Source: Sulfolobales archaeon HS-7
GTDB taxonomy: Archaea; Thermoproteota; Thermoprotei_A; Sulfolobales; Sulfolobaceae
Assembly: GCA_019704295.1 (NCBI GenBank)
Contig: AP024596.1
Location: 992,001-1,056,000 of the forward strand
Direction: 5' to 3'
Length of the DNA: 64,000 bases
The translations under genes and the position numbers were made by a program. The stretch's first letter is position 1, and each line of letters begins with the position of its first letter. The notes under the pieces were generated by a model, which saw only the letters and a program-made list of their open reading frames with translations, ran no database searches and was not told the DNA's origin. Shown in pieces: positions 52,038-62,670 of the stretch.

Positions 52038-52466
52038 GTGAATAATAAGGGAATAACAGACTCAGTTGTACAGTTACTTGTGTTGATGGCAAGTATTGTG
52101 ATAGTTTTGCTTGTAATATTCTTTGCTCTTAATTATTTAGGTAATGGGACTAATCTTGAAACGCCGATAAAAATTATTGGAGAACCCGAAATAACTGTTA
52201 ATAACGATACCTTGATAATTCATTACTCGAATCCTTCTCCTGAAACATATAATATATCCTCCGTATTCATAGGAGGGGCAGGGGTATCTCTTGACGGGAA
52301 TTACGTATTAACGCCTGGGGAGAACAGTGTATATATACCTTTTTCTCCAAGTAGTAGCCTTGATCAATCCTTGGCTACCCTTGAAAACTCAGGACAACCG
52401 GTGGGAGTTACGCTCATTTTGAATAATGGTGTGTCAGTACATCTTTCGGCAGATGTAATAGAATGA
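52038..52466 (+). CDS. Archaeal type IV pilin-like protein
   Basis: MNNKG/ITDSVV class III signal peptide followed by a hydrophobic helix; NxS/T sequons (track start 52020). Confidence 0.7.
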   Translation: MNNKGITDSVVQLLVLMASIVIVLLVIFFALNYLGNGTNLETPIKIIGEPEITVNNDTLIIHYSNPSPETYNISSVFIGGAGVSLDGNYVLTPGENSVYIPFSPSSSLDQSLATLENSGQPVGVTLILNNGVSVHLSADVIE

Positions 52467-52511
52467 TAATTATGCTGTCTACTTAATATATTATAGATCA
52501 GGCGTTAAAAA

Positions 52512-52862
52512 TCATTGCATTTTTTGAACAATAACCGCTGTTCCATAAGCTATTATTTCGTCCATGGATTCAGCAATCTCATTAGAATCAAAATATACCT
52601 GTACCACGGCGTTAGCTCCCATGCTTCTAGCGTGCTGAATCATCCTTTCTAGGGCTGTTCTTCTAGCTTGTTCCGCATTTTCAACGAACTCAGTTATTTC
52701 TCCACCCGCTATACTTCTAAGTCCTGCTAGAAGCCTACCCCCGAGACCCCTACTTCTTACAGTTATTCCCATAGCTATTCCAATAACTTGCACAATTTGA
52801 TATCCTGGAATAAAGTTTGTAGTTGAAATTAACATACCTTCAGATTGACTCTGAAAAGACAT
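52512..52862 (-). CDS. YbjQ/UPF0145 family protein
   Basis: TTNFIPGY, GGEI, AR..ALERM, GANAVV, AYGTAV. Confidence 0.92.
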   Translation of the reverse strand: MSFQSQSEGMLISTTNFIPGYQIVQVIGIAMGITVRSRGLGGRLLAGLRSIAGGEITEFVENAEQARRTALERMIQHARSMGANAVVQVYFDSNEIAESMDEIIAYGTAVIVQKMQ

Positions 52863-53439
52863 AGTATTTATTCAGACATATAAATAATAAAGTTAACTTG
52901 TTCCTCGCCTAATTCTACCTTAACTTGTAGAGACGTATTGGAAGTCTTATAAGAATCCGTTCGGATATATGTATGATGGCGGGACTGTCTCTCCTTTTGA
53001 CAAAGGGTATTGAAAAATCAGGCATCTATGAGTTAAAAAATTGGTATACGTAGAGAAAAGAGGAGAAATCTAGAATGTTATGAATGTGCCCAATGTGGAA
53101 TAAATGTTATTTACTTTAAAAACTAAATTTTATAATAGAGGAATAATATATCTCACGGCACTTAATTAGGACGATAATATAGGAAGATCATGAAGAGATT
53201 AAACAACTTTCTCATATTATTAAGGTTAAAAAGCTTTACCATACCCCAGTCTGATTATTGAACGGAATTAATCATTCACTAACGTGTTTCATAACTTTTT
53301 AGTTTATCTTGTAATCACACCAGTTATACATTGGGTACTCTCTCGGGGAGTTCTTTTAATAGGAGTTTGCTATTTCGATTTTCGGAAGTTCTCTGAAATC
53401 AGGGTTGATGACGTAGGTATGTTATAGTTGTTCTAGAGG

Positions 53440-53990
53440 AAACTAATCCTGTGTAAGTGACTAATACCTCTGTAACTCAACTTGTTGCTAACCAGTTTGG
53501 AATAAACCTATCAAAGGTAAATGTAACAAAGCCAATACTTCTTAAGTTGCAGCTGATCTCGGGAATGGATTGTTCGAGAATATAATCATAGCCGATTTGG
53601 TAGCGGTAGAAACAGCAAGTGTGAGAAAAGATGTTTCCGAGTTTGAGATTACCTAAGCCTGTCGTCCTGGGAGTTAATTACTCCAACGAAACTTTTCATC
53701 TGAAGGTGAGAACTTGTTAATCGGGAAGAGGCAGCTGGGGTTATTTACTGGTAAGGAACTTATTCATTATTTCTAAACGAGGCAGAAAACTTTCCCATAC
53801 GGTATGCATAAAGTGACGGTGGAAAATTATGAATTCGGAATACCCAGCCTTGCAAAATACGGAGCTTACGAAGACATAGGTAGGTTACTAATTCAATCCT
53901 AACGGAAAGGTAGATTCACGGACAGTAGTTGAAGTGATAGGGTAGACACTTTATGTTAGGATAGCAATTTCAGATAGAGGCTAAATTCGT
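53440..53990 (+). pseudogene. Possible decayed gene for a secreted protein
   Basis: Successive short frames (VTNTSVTQLVANQFGINLSKVNVTKP; PVVLGVNYSNETF; FPYGMHKVTVENYEFGIP) interrupted by stops. Confidence 0.3.
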
Positions 53991-54430
53991 ATCACCTTTG
54001 TATATTACTTCTTTCCCGCGCTGGGGGATACGCCGTTAGCAAAAGTTTATACAAAAATCAAACAGAGGTTGCGACTTACTATGAATTAACTCGTTACTTT
54101 CGGCCGATTCAGGTAACCATCACAAATTATAACTATTGCGAATAGTTATCAAATAAAGGAAATTGTTAAATGTGAATCTCCATCAGTCCATAGGATTGCG
54201 TTCAATTAAATTCATTTTATTTTTCTAAATAAACCAAATTCGTAGTGAACATGTGAACTTCCTTTACTTTCAAAATCACATAAAATTTTACCTATAGATT
54301 GGAAATCTAAAACATAGTAATATCTATATATTATCAGTAGTATTATATTGCATATATATTACAAGTAAGATTCCATCGTTATGTGTAGAAAGAATTTAAA
54401 TAGGCATCTTAGAAATATACTTGAAAAAAG

Positions 54431-55144
54431 ATGGGATTTAACGGTATAGATGGGGATGTAAATGTACCGGGCATGATTCCATGGGAAGTAATCGTGGCGT
54501 ATTTCGTCGTTGCAATAGCTGTTGCCGTTGTAATTGGGAAAAAGACGGGTGGTCTAAAGGCCTTTACGACCTTAGACCTTGTATATATAGGCATTGGCGC
54601 GGCTTTTTCCGTTGTGTGGGAATTCTATATTGGTGGATTCCTTAATAAATTTGTTCCCTCAGGACTTACCTTATTTATAAACTTTGGATTTTTGGGGAGA
54701 CTTCTGATTGTATTCATAGTAGCCGCACTAGTCAGGAAGTTCGGGACGGGCATGATTACGTTAGCGGCGTTTGACATACTCGGAGATTTATTCCATTATG
54801 GATTCGGAGGGGAACCCATTTTCTTGATATATGAGGCATTGACTTACGGCTTATTCATAGACATAGCTATAGCCTTGCTCGGAGGCAAGTTTTTAGGGGT
54901 TGGCAGCAAAACCCAAACCGTGGCTCTAGTTTTAGGAATAGTTGAGGGAGCGATTATAGGTCTTCTGTGGGCAATTCCAGATCCGATTTTCTATGACGCG
55001 TTCTTTAGGCCATTTCTATACGGAGCTGTTGTCAGCTGGGCGAAAGTTATTTTCACCATTGAGGCTTTTATACCTGGAGACGTAATAATGGGAGCTATTG
55101 CTGGAATTATAGCGAACAGGATACAGAGAGCCGTGGCAGTGTAA
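54431..55144 (+). CDS. ECF transporter substrate-specific (S) component
   Basis: FTTLDLVYI, AALVRKFG motifs; about 6 TM helices; adjacent to A and T components; start uncertain. Confidence 0.82.
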   Translation: MGFNGIDGDVNVPGMIPWEVIVAYFVVAIAVAVVIGKKTGGLKAFTTLDLVYIGIGAAFSVVWEFYIGGFLNKFVPSGLTLFINFGFLGRLLIVFIVAALVRKFGTGMITLAAFDILGDLFHYGFGGEPIFLIYEALTYGLFIDIAIALLGGKFLGVGSKTQTVALVLGIVEGAIIGLLWAIPDPIFYDAFFRPFLYGAVVSWAKVIFTIEAFIPGDVIMGAIAGIIANRIQRAVAV

Positions 55145-55161
55145 ATGCCCGGTGACTACAG

Positions 55162-56742
55162 ATGAACGCAGTTGAATTAAGGAATTTTTCTTTTACTTAT
55201 TTTGGTTCAGATAAACCTTCCATTGAAGTAGAAAACTTAGAGATAGAGGAAGGGGAGTCTGTTCTTATAGTCGGAAAATCCGGCTCCGGTAAGTCAACAC
55301 TCGTCAATTGTATAAATGGTGTAATCCCTCATATGATAGCAGGGGATGAGAAAGGAGAAGTAAGGGTGTTCGGTAAGGACGTGAAAACAAGTAAAATGCA
55401 CGAAATATCAACCTTAGTGGGAACAGTTTTACAGGATCCCGAAACGCAGCTAATTAACTATACCATAGAGGAGGAAATAGCGTTCGGTCCTAGAAATCTC
55501 AATCTACCTAAGGATGAGGTGAGAAGGAGGGTAGCTGAGTACTCCAAAATAACTGGAGTTTATCATATGCTCGATAGGGAAACATATACTCTTTCAGGGG
55601 GGGAGATGCAAAGGACAGTTTTGGCTTCAGTGCTAGCTATGGAGCCGAGGATGTTGATACTTGATGAACCCACCTCTAACATAGATCCCCAAGGAACTGA
55701 GGAAGTCTTCTCCCTATTAAGGGAAATGAAGGGTGAAAAAACGCTTATTATAGTCGAACATAAGGTGGAGAGGGTTTTACCATTCGTTGACAGAGTTCTC
55801 TTGATTGATAATGGTAAAATAACCCTTGATATAACCAAGGAAAACATTATTAAAAACTCAGACATTATACAAGCAGCGGGAGTTGAAGTTCCTGAACACT
55901 TTTCCTACGCTAGGAAAATAGGGCTTAATACAACTGATATTTTTGAGGTAAAGAAGGTGTTAAGAGAGAGAGGCATTCAAGTTGACGGTATACAAAGGAG
56001 GAGAGGGGAGAAAGAAGTTCTTTCTGCGCAGGTAAAAGTTGTAACTAAAGGCGGTAGAGAGATCTTAGATACCGAACTTAAGTTAATGGAAGGAGAAATT
56101 CACGCAGTAATGGGTAGAAACGGCTCTGGCAAGAGTACCTTGTTGAAGTCTATATCTGGATTATTGGAACGAAGGGACTTCTTCATAACTGAGAAGATCA
56201 CGGCTCTAGGAGAGGACATATCTGGAAAACCGATATGGTATAGAGGTAAGTATATGTTATACCTACCTCAAAGCTTTGACTTAATGTTAGTATCAAACAA
56301 GGTAATCGACGAAGTAAAATACTCAATGAAGCATAGGGGAGTAAAGAACACTCAACTTGTAGACGAATTGATGAAGAAGTTCTCGCTTTACGACGTAAGG
56401 GATAAGGATCCGCTAATTCTAAGTATGGGACAGCGGAGAAGGGTGGTTATGGCATCAGTAATGGCTTCTGGAGCGAGGATTCTATTAATGGACGAGCCTA
56501 CATCGGGGCAAGATTACTACCATAGGGAAATGCTCGGAAGGGAACTAATTGAGCTGAAACAAAAGGGTTATTCTATAGTCGTTGTGACACACGACTCTAA
56601 TTTCGCCTTTAAATACGCTGACGCTGTTTCAATACTAAATGGAGGAAAGAAGGTGCTTGAAGGTCCTCCAGAAGAGGTATTTTATACTTCAGAGGATTAC
56701 GGTGTTCCTCAACCTTCGAGTTTCCTTTTGAGGTGTAGATGA
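55162..56742 (+). CDS. ECF transporter duplicated ATPase
   Basis: Two ABC domains: GKSGSGKST/LSGGE/LDEPT and GRNGSGKST/LSMGQ/MDEPT. Confidence 0.92.
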   Translation: MNAVELRNFSFTYFGSDKPSIEVENLEIEEGESVLIVGKSGSGKSTLVNCINGVIPHMIAGDEKGEVRVFGKDVKTSKMHEISTLVGTVLQDPETQLINYTIEEEIAFGPRNLNLPKDEVRRRVAEYSKITGVYHMLDRETYTLSGGEMQRTVLASVLAMEPRMLILDEPTSNIDPQGTEEVFSLLREMKGEKTLIIVEHKVERVLPFVDRVLLIDNGKITLDITKENIIKNSDIIQAAGVEVPEHFSYARKIGLNTTDIFEVKKVLRERGIQVDGIQRRRGEKEVLSAQVKVVTKGGREILDTELKLMEGEIHAVMGRNGSGKSTLLKSISGLLERRDFFITEKITALGEDISGKPIWYRGKYMLYLPQSFDLMLVSNKVIDEVKYSMKHRGVKNTQLVDELMKKFSLYDVRDKDPLILSMGQRRRVVMASVMASGARILLMDEPTSGQDYYHREMLGRELIELKQKGYSIVVVTHDSNFAFKYADAVSILNGGKKVLEGPPEEVFYTSEDYGVPQPSSFLLRCR

Positions 56743-57770
56743 TGAGTGTAATTAACATCACATATGAGAACGGAACAAGCATAACACTAATCAATAATAT
56801 ACCTCATATCCCTTATTTTGCATCTACCGTGATTAGCTGGGTGGTTTTCTTGTTTGGGGTAGCAGTTCCTCTTGCAATACTCCTGTTAGCTATTGGGATC
56901 AGGGGTTTCATAGAAATAACTCGGTTTGAAAAACATAACACATTCTATTATAATATTAATGCAGTAACTAAGATAATACTCTTAATAGGTGTAACTATTG
57001 CTGCAGCAATTACAGTATGGTGGTTCAGTGCCATATTGACGATAATCCTTTTAGCTTCGTATCTTACCTTAAAGAACGGGTTTAGAAAGCTGATATTGGT
57101 TCTCTATCTAACGTTAACTTTCATAATCGGTATTACTCAGGGTTTTGCACCATACACACCATACTCTGTTTTACAATTAGCCTATCATACAAATACTTTC
57201 AACGCTATATGGGAGTGGCCTAGTTATTTCTCATTTATGGGATACCAACCCTATTTAACTCTTCAGGGTTTAGAGTACGGCGTTCAAATATCATTCAGGT
57301 TTATCCCTGCAACTCTCTCCGGACTTATCTTAATTCTCACTACAACTCCCTCAGAGATATTAGGGACGTTTAGTAGGATAAAGGTTCCGCTCGCCTTTGT
57401 ATTCTCATTAATCATAGCTTTGAGGACTATTCCGAGGATATTCGAAGTTTTCGATACTGTTGTTAAGTTACAGTTCATGAGAGGATTGGGAAGTACAAAG
57501 CCTAAGGTCTTTTATCCGATGTACTTTTTATATGCGGGGATTTACGCAGTAGTTCCAACTATGGTTTACCTCTTTAGAGGCGCAAAGAACACCGCGATAG
57601 CTGCAGATACAAGGGCCTTTAGAGCAAAGGAGACTATAACATATCTTAACGACTTAACGTTTACGAAGGAGGATATAGTAATCGTAACGTTAGTTATGGC
57701 AATTCTAATAATATCTGGTATCTTAATAGCGCTTGGATTAGGTAGAGGAATTCCCTACACAGGTTATTGA
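56739..57770 (+). CDS. ECF transporter transmembrane (T) component
   Basis: TTTPSE, ALRTIP, QFMRG and DTRAF arginine motifs. Confidence 0.88.
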   Translation: MMSVINITYENGTSITLINNIPHIPYFASTVISWVVFLFGVAVPLAILLLAIGIRGFIEITRFEKHNTFYYNINAVTKIILLIGVTIAAAITVWWFSAILTIILLASYLTLKNGFRKLILVLYLTLTFIIGITQGFAPYTPYSVLQLAYHTNTFNAIWEWPSYFSFMGYQPYLTLQGLEYGVQISFRFIPATLSGLILILTTTPSEILGTFSRIKVPLAFVFSLIIALRTIPRIFEVFDTVVKLQFMRGLGSTKPKVFYPMYFLYAGIYAVVPTMVYLFRGAKNTAIAADTRAFRAKETITYLNDLTFTKEDIVIVTLVMAILIISGILIALGLGRGIPYTGY

Positions 57771-57834
57771 TTTGGATTTTTTATTTTTCGTAATCCAAAA
57801 TAAAGCTTAAAATGCGTCTTTACAATTAACAATT

Positions 57835-58209
57835 ATGACAGAGGCAGGAATTACAGCCGTTAGCGAACTAATTACCGCTTACGTTAAGTCATTAATCGAG
57901 AAGAGCAAGGAAGGAAAGAAGTTATCCGATCAGGAATACCTCATTTTAGTTACTTACTATACGGAGAATAGGATGGACGAGATAAGGGGAGAGATGAGGA
58001 GTTTTATGGATTACGTTAATAAGAGGTTCGAGGACACGAATAGGAGAATCGACGATCTCAGGAAGGACATGGACACCAGGTTCGAGGACACGAATAGGAG
58101 AATCGATGATCTCAGGAAGGACATGGACACCAGGTTCGAGGACACGAATAGGAGAATCGACGATCTCAGGAAGGACATAAACATGTTAATACAAGTGTTA
58201 AGGAAATAG
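57835..58209 (+). CDS. Coiled-coil repeat protein
   Basis: RFEDTNRRIDDLRKDMDT repeated about 3 times; TATA at leaderless spacing. Confidence 0.8.
   Translation: MTEAGITAVSELITAYVKSLIEKSKEGKKLSDQEYLILVTYYTENRMDEIRGEMRSFMDYVNKRFEDTNRRIDDLRKDMDTRFEDTNRRIDDLRKDMDTRFEDTNRRIDDLRKDINMLIQVLRK
58024..58178 (+). repeat. 54-bp in-frame tandem repeat, about 2.9 copies
   Basis: Units start at 58024, 58078 and 58132; a single synonymous C/T difference among them. Confidence 0.95.
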
Positions 58210-58572
58210 CATTCTTGGCAAGGCCGTTTTATAAATATATTTAAATTGAACTTAAAGCATAGAGGTAACTTAGATTATAACGCGAATAGGACCGTCCACG
58301 CGGCAACGAGGAGGGAGTACTTTGGCTCGTAAGGCTTATTATACCGAGTGCTCCAACCTCGTAAACTTCCTTGTAAGTGCTGTGTACTGCATTTTGTAAG
58401 TTTTTGTGGGTTTTATAAAATAATTCGTTCCTGAATTTTACGTTATTAATCTTAAACTATCTGGAATTGATGGTATTATAGTTAATATTCTTTCAATTAC
58501 TTTGTGGGTGATGTATAGGAATCCCTGAAACTTAGGAAATTGTCGTTCAGGGAAATGCTAAAAACAGTTATG

Positions 58573-59706
58573 TCATGATAAATGGACTCTTTTGTTCGTT
58601 GTAAGTACAGAGAATCCAATAGCAGATATCAGTGCTGGAGAGGCAGCTAATGGCCAAAGAAATCCCTCCTTGAGGTAGTAGTTCATAACTTCACTTATCA
58701 TTATATTTCCCAAGTTTCTCCCTAATGATGATGCGAAACCAAAAACGCCCATATATTGACCCCTGTTGGTCTCTTCTGACATATCTGCTGCTAGTGCTTG
58801 AATTACGGGTGAGACGATCATTTCGCCGCACGTAATTACTGTCATATCAAGTATTGCTAACAAAAAGGAATAGCACAATGAAACCAAGCTATAGCTTACG
58901 AAGTACAAAATAGAACCGAGAATAAGTGAAAGTCTCACCCTAGTTGAGAATACGCGCCCTATAATTTCTTGAAGAAATACTATCATAAAACCGTTTACCG
59001 CGAAGAGCGTTCCTACCTCGTAAAGGGGTATTCCTCTAACATCGTTATAGTAAAGGGTTAATCCAAAACCCATGAGTCCCATAACCATGAATAGCATAGC
59101 CGCTGGTATCAAAAAAAGGGCGAAATTCTTCCCTACGTGAAAGTTAATTCTAGTAGGTCTGGCTCTACTCTCCTCTAACGTAATGATGAAGGGGATAGAA
59201 ATTCCCGTAATTATCGCGGTGAACATGAAGGAAAACCTGTAACCCACCAACGACATCAGAGCACCACCTACAAACGGACCTAACGCCCACCCCGCGTTTA
59301 TTCCTACCCTCAATCTACTGTAAGCCAGTACTAATTTACTAACTCCTTTTCTAGTATCTCCCACCATTGTTGTGTTCGCAACAGAGTAAATCGAATTGAA
59401 CATTGTTTGAGAAAGTATGCATAAGACTAAGGGAAAAGAGTTGTAAAACACATACGCCAGCAATAGTGAAACGGAACCGCCTATCGTCCCTAAAATCATC
59501 GCCTTTTTCCTTCCTAATTTATCGGTTATTACTCCCCCTCCTAGTTGACCAATAACTGAAATAACTGTCTGTATCGCGTAAAAACCTCCTATAAGGTAAA
59601 GAGGTACTCCCACCCTATAGAGAATTAAACCTACGTAAGGCCATATTGCCGAGAATCCAAAAGACCTTATTCCCCCAAGTAATGATAACCTTGTGATAAT
59701 GTCCAT
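58573..59706 (-). CDS. MFS transporter
   Basis: GGVITDKLGRKK, NAGWALGP, RGQYMG; about 12 TM helices. Confidence 0.9.
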   Translation of the reverse strand: MDIITRLSLLGGIRSFGFSAIWPYVGLILYRVGVPLYLIGGFYAIQTVISVIGQLGGGVITDKLGRKKAMILGTIGGSVSLLLAYVFYNSFPLVLCILSQTMFNSIYSVANTTMVGDTRKGVSKLVLAYSRLRVGINAGWALGPFVGGALMSLVGYRFSFMFTAIITGISIPFIITLEESRARPTRINFHVGKNFALFLIPAAMLFMVMGLMGFGLTLYYNDVRGIPLYEVGTLFAVNGFMIVFLQEIIGRVFSTRVRLSLILGSILYFVSYSLVSLCYSFLLAILDMTVITCGEMIVSPVIQALAADMSEETNRGQYMGVFGFASSLGRNLGNIMISEVMNYYLKEGFLWPLAASPALISAIGFSVLTTNKRVHLS

Positions 59707-59739
59707 TTCTAAGGGTTTAGATAAAACATGTTAAAATAC

Positions 59740-60999
59740 TTATAGTTGACCCCTTGTCCTCATTGCGTTTACAACTCTATCAACAGCTTCTACCATTGCT
59801 ATAGTTCTGAAATTATGTTCGCCCTGTTTTTCATACCTTGAGTAGATCGAGTTAAAGGATTCCTTCATTCTGTTTAATATCAATCTCTTAGCCTCGTCCT
59901 CGTCTATTATCTCTCCGCTCCTATTGTTGCTCCACTCGACGAACGAACCAACTACTCCTCCCGAATTAGTAAGGATATCGGGTATTACCGGAATTCCCTT
60001 TGAGAAGAGAATTTCGTCTGCGTTAGCCGTAACCGGTCCGTTAGCTGCCTCAACAACGAGTTTTGCCTTAATTAAGGGAGCGCTCGCCTTATTTATAACG
60101 TTTTCAACTGCAGCTGGAATCAATATATCACATTGTTGTAGAAGGAGTTCCTCATTTGTCACCTTCCTACCGGGATAGTTTGCTACTGTACCTGTCTTTG
60201 AGAGATATTCCAGAGCTTCATTGGGGTTGATTCCCTTCTCATTTATCACCCCTCCGTAAATATCACTGATCCCTATTATCCTAGCCCCCATTTCGTGCAG
60301 GAATTTTGCAGTCCAAGAACCTACGTTCCCAAACCCCTGTATGATTACGTTTTTGCCTTCAATTCCTCCTATAAACTTCTCAGCGGATAATTTAGCTATA
60401 TTTGCAACACCCAGTCCTGTACTATAAACTCTCGTGGCTATCCCGCCTAGTTCGACAGGCTTTCCCGTAAATGAAGCCCTATCCCTACGCCTCGAGATTC
60501 TCTCATACTCATCCATGAACCAGGTTATAGTCTGCGAGTCTGTGTTTATATCTGGTGCCATTATGTCCAGTTCGTCACCTATATATTCGTATATTTCCCT
60601 AACGAATACTCTTGAAGCCTTCTCCAGTTCCGTTGCGTCAAGTTCTCTCGGATCGAGATTTATCCCTCCTTTCCCCCCGCCGTAGGGCAACTTCAACAGG
60701 GAGTTCTTCCAAGTCATTATCATTGAGAGCGCCATTACCTCCTCTAAGTTCACCTTAGGGCTGTACCTTACGCCGCCCTTATAGGGTCCTAAAGCACTGT
60801 TATGTTGGCTTCGGAAACCTGTATATACCCTTTGTTTACCGCTTTTATCTCTCACCTGAATTTTCACTTGAATTACCCTTTCTGGAGTTGCCAGTGCCTC
60901 TCTAACTGAAGAATCCAGCCCTAGAATTAGGGATATTTTGTCCAGAATCTTAAGTTGCTGCGCTAATAGACTTGCTGATATCTCGGTTGTAACTTCCAT
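59740..60999 (-). CDS. gdhA: Glutamate dehydrogenase (Glu/Leu/Phe/Val dehydrogenase family)
   Basis: [44 protein letters not shown]. Confidence 0.93.
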   Translation of the reverse strand: MEVTTEISASLLAQQLKILDKISLILGLDSSVREALATPERVIQVKIQVRDKSGKQRVYTGFRSQHNSALGPYKGGVRYSPKVNLEEVMALSMIMTWKNSLLKLPYGGGKGGINLDPRELDATELEKASRVFVREIYEYIGDELDIMAPDINTDSQTITWFMDEYERISRRRDRASFTGKPVELGGIATRVYSTGLGVANIAKLSAEKFIGGIEGKNVIIQGFGNVGSWTAKFLHEMGARIIGISDIYGGVINEKGINPNEALEYLSKTGTVANYPGRKVTNEELLLQQCDILIPAAVENVINKASAPLIKAKLVVEAANGPVTANADEILFSKGIPVIPDILTNSGGVVGSFVEWSNNRSGEIIDEDEAKRLILNRMKESFNSIYSRYEKQGEHNFRTIAMVEAVDRVVNAMRTRGQL

Positions 61000-61422
61000 A
61001 AAGCAGACCTAACCAACCTTTGAACTCTCGTTTAAAAGACTTTCCTAAAGTCTATGTATAGGTAAATAATTTATAGGAAATCACTTGATAGCGATAGTTA
61101 ATTTATAATATCTCTTTTCTTTTTTAATTAACGCTTTACTCAAGTAAGTGTCGTTTAATGAGTTCTTAACAAATTATATTACCCCTCATATAACTAATAC
61201 TAGCTAATCAAATTTATTCTTGTAGATTTTATATCTACCGGTGAAGGCGAGGTAATTTCATCAGATATTACGAGTATACATATTATCAATTAGGGATCGT
61301 AGGTAAACTTATTTCATTCGCACGACTTATATTAGCTGGGATAACATAAAATATGATAATAAAAATTAAGAATATGATTATCACGATAAAGCTTATATTA
61401 TACTACATTACTATATAATGCC

Positions 61423-62547
61423 ATGAATAAGGAATATATTTTAGTTGGACTACTGATAGTAATTTTTGTTGTAAGTGTAGGAGTAAACTTTTACATGTTA
61501 AGTACAGTGCAGAGACTTAGCGCGGATTACTCTGCACTTTCTTCAAACTACAGTACGCTATACACCGATTACGACAACGCACTCGCGCTTTATAATAACT
61601 TGACCAAGGAGTACGTCTCCCTAGGAAATAGCTACATGACGCTTTATGCGGACTATACCACTTTGAAGGGGGAATACGCCACACTACAAGCGGAGTATAA
61701 TAATCTTACTGCCAAAAGTGCCGAACTCTCGAATCAGTTAAGTACCGTTTCTGGTGAAATGACAGCATATGGTATTCTGTCAGACATGGCATCGACTAAT
61801 ATACCCGCCATTGATCAGTATTTAATTGGCCCCTATCACAGTAACTTCTCCATTACATCTCCTCCTGGGAATGGAACGGTAACAGTAGTGAATTCCTCTC
61901 AGCTTAAGCAAGTCAACGAACTTTTGGGCCAATTCTTCGGTTTCCCAGAGGTGAGGTTGTTCGTCTTTGCAACTGTCGTTAACTTCCCTACGAACAACAC
62001 GTTGCAGGTTCAGGCTGTTGTGAAGTTCGGCAATACCTTAGCCAACGGCTCCTTAGAGACCATATACTCGATTGTCAACATGGAGGCTCAGGAATACTCA
62101 CTTGGGCATTGGCAGGTTATCATGTTGAGTATTGACGATTCATTAAACCAGGATACATACCATATGGTCACTACTTCTTTTGATTTCTTAAACGCCCTAG
62201 TAACTGAGTCTGGTTCGACCCTTGAAACTGACCTTATAGGTCCATTCCCAAGCTACGTCTATATATCAGCGGGCCCCTTTGCGGGGAACTACAGTGGCTC
62301 TACGGCCATAATTTCCGGTTTTCTAGGAAAAGTAATTCCTAGTATAAAGAGCATGACATTTACTACTTACAACTTCACCTTCTCTCCGATTTCCTCATCC
62401 CAGGGAACTTTAACGTTTTATGGGGACTTCACAATGGTTCTAACCAACGGAACTGTTCTTAACTATCCTAATGCCGAATTAATGATAAATTTGGAGCTCG
62501 AGCCTGTAGGTATATTTCAAATAACAGGAGTAAATATATTAATTTAA
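61423..62547 (+). CDS. Membrane-anchored surface protein with coiled-coil stalk and duplicated head domain
   Basis: N-terminal TM, Tyr/Leu heptads, two similar domains (..LIGPY.. / ..LIGPF..), NxS/T sequons. Confidence 0.8.
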   Translation: MNKEYILVGLLIVIFVVSVGVNFYMLSTVQRLSADYSALSSNYSTLYTDYDNALALYNNLTKEYVSLGNSYMTLYADYTTLKGEYATLQAEYNNLTAKSAELSNQLSTVSGEMTAYGILSDMASTNIPAIDQYLIGPYHSNFSITSPPGNGTVTVVNSSQLKQVNELLGQFFGFPEVRLFVFATVVNFPTNNTLQVQAVVKFGNTLANGSLETIYSIVNMEAQEYSLGHWQVIMLSIDDSLNQDTYHMVTTSFDFLNALVTESGSTLETDLIGPFPSYVYISAGPFAGNYSGSTAIISGFLGKVIPSIKSMTFTTYNFTFSPISSSQGTLTFYGDFTMVLTNGTVLNYPNAELMINLELEPVGIFQITGVNILI

Positions 62548-62670
62548 AATTTTTTAGTCGAGTACCTCAATTGTACTTTATATTATATCATAAGCTACTG
62601 TTCTTTTTGTTATATTCAAAATAACCTAATGCCGAAAAAGTTTATATATATCTTAAACGTTACTCATGTT

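Noticed and set aside
53990-54430. TPP or other riboswitch upstream of the ECF operon
   Set aside because: No CUGAGA or ACCUGA core motifs, and the TATA box leaves little room for a leader
58024-58178. Possible CRISPR array
   Set aside because: Contiguous 54-bp units with no unique spacers, in frame within an ORF; no cas genes in the window
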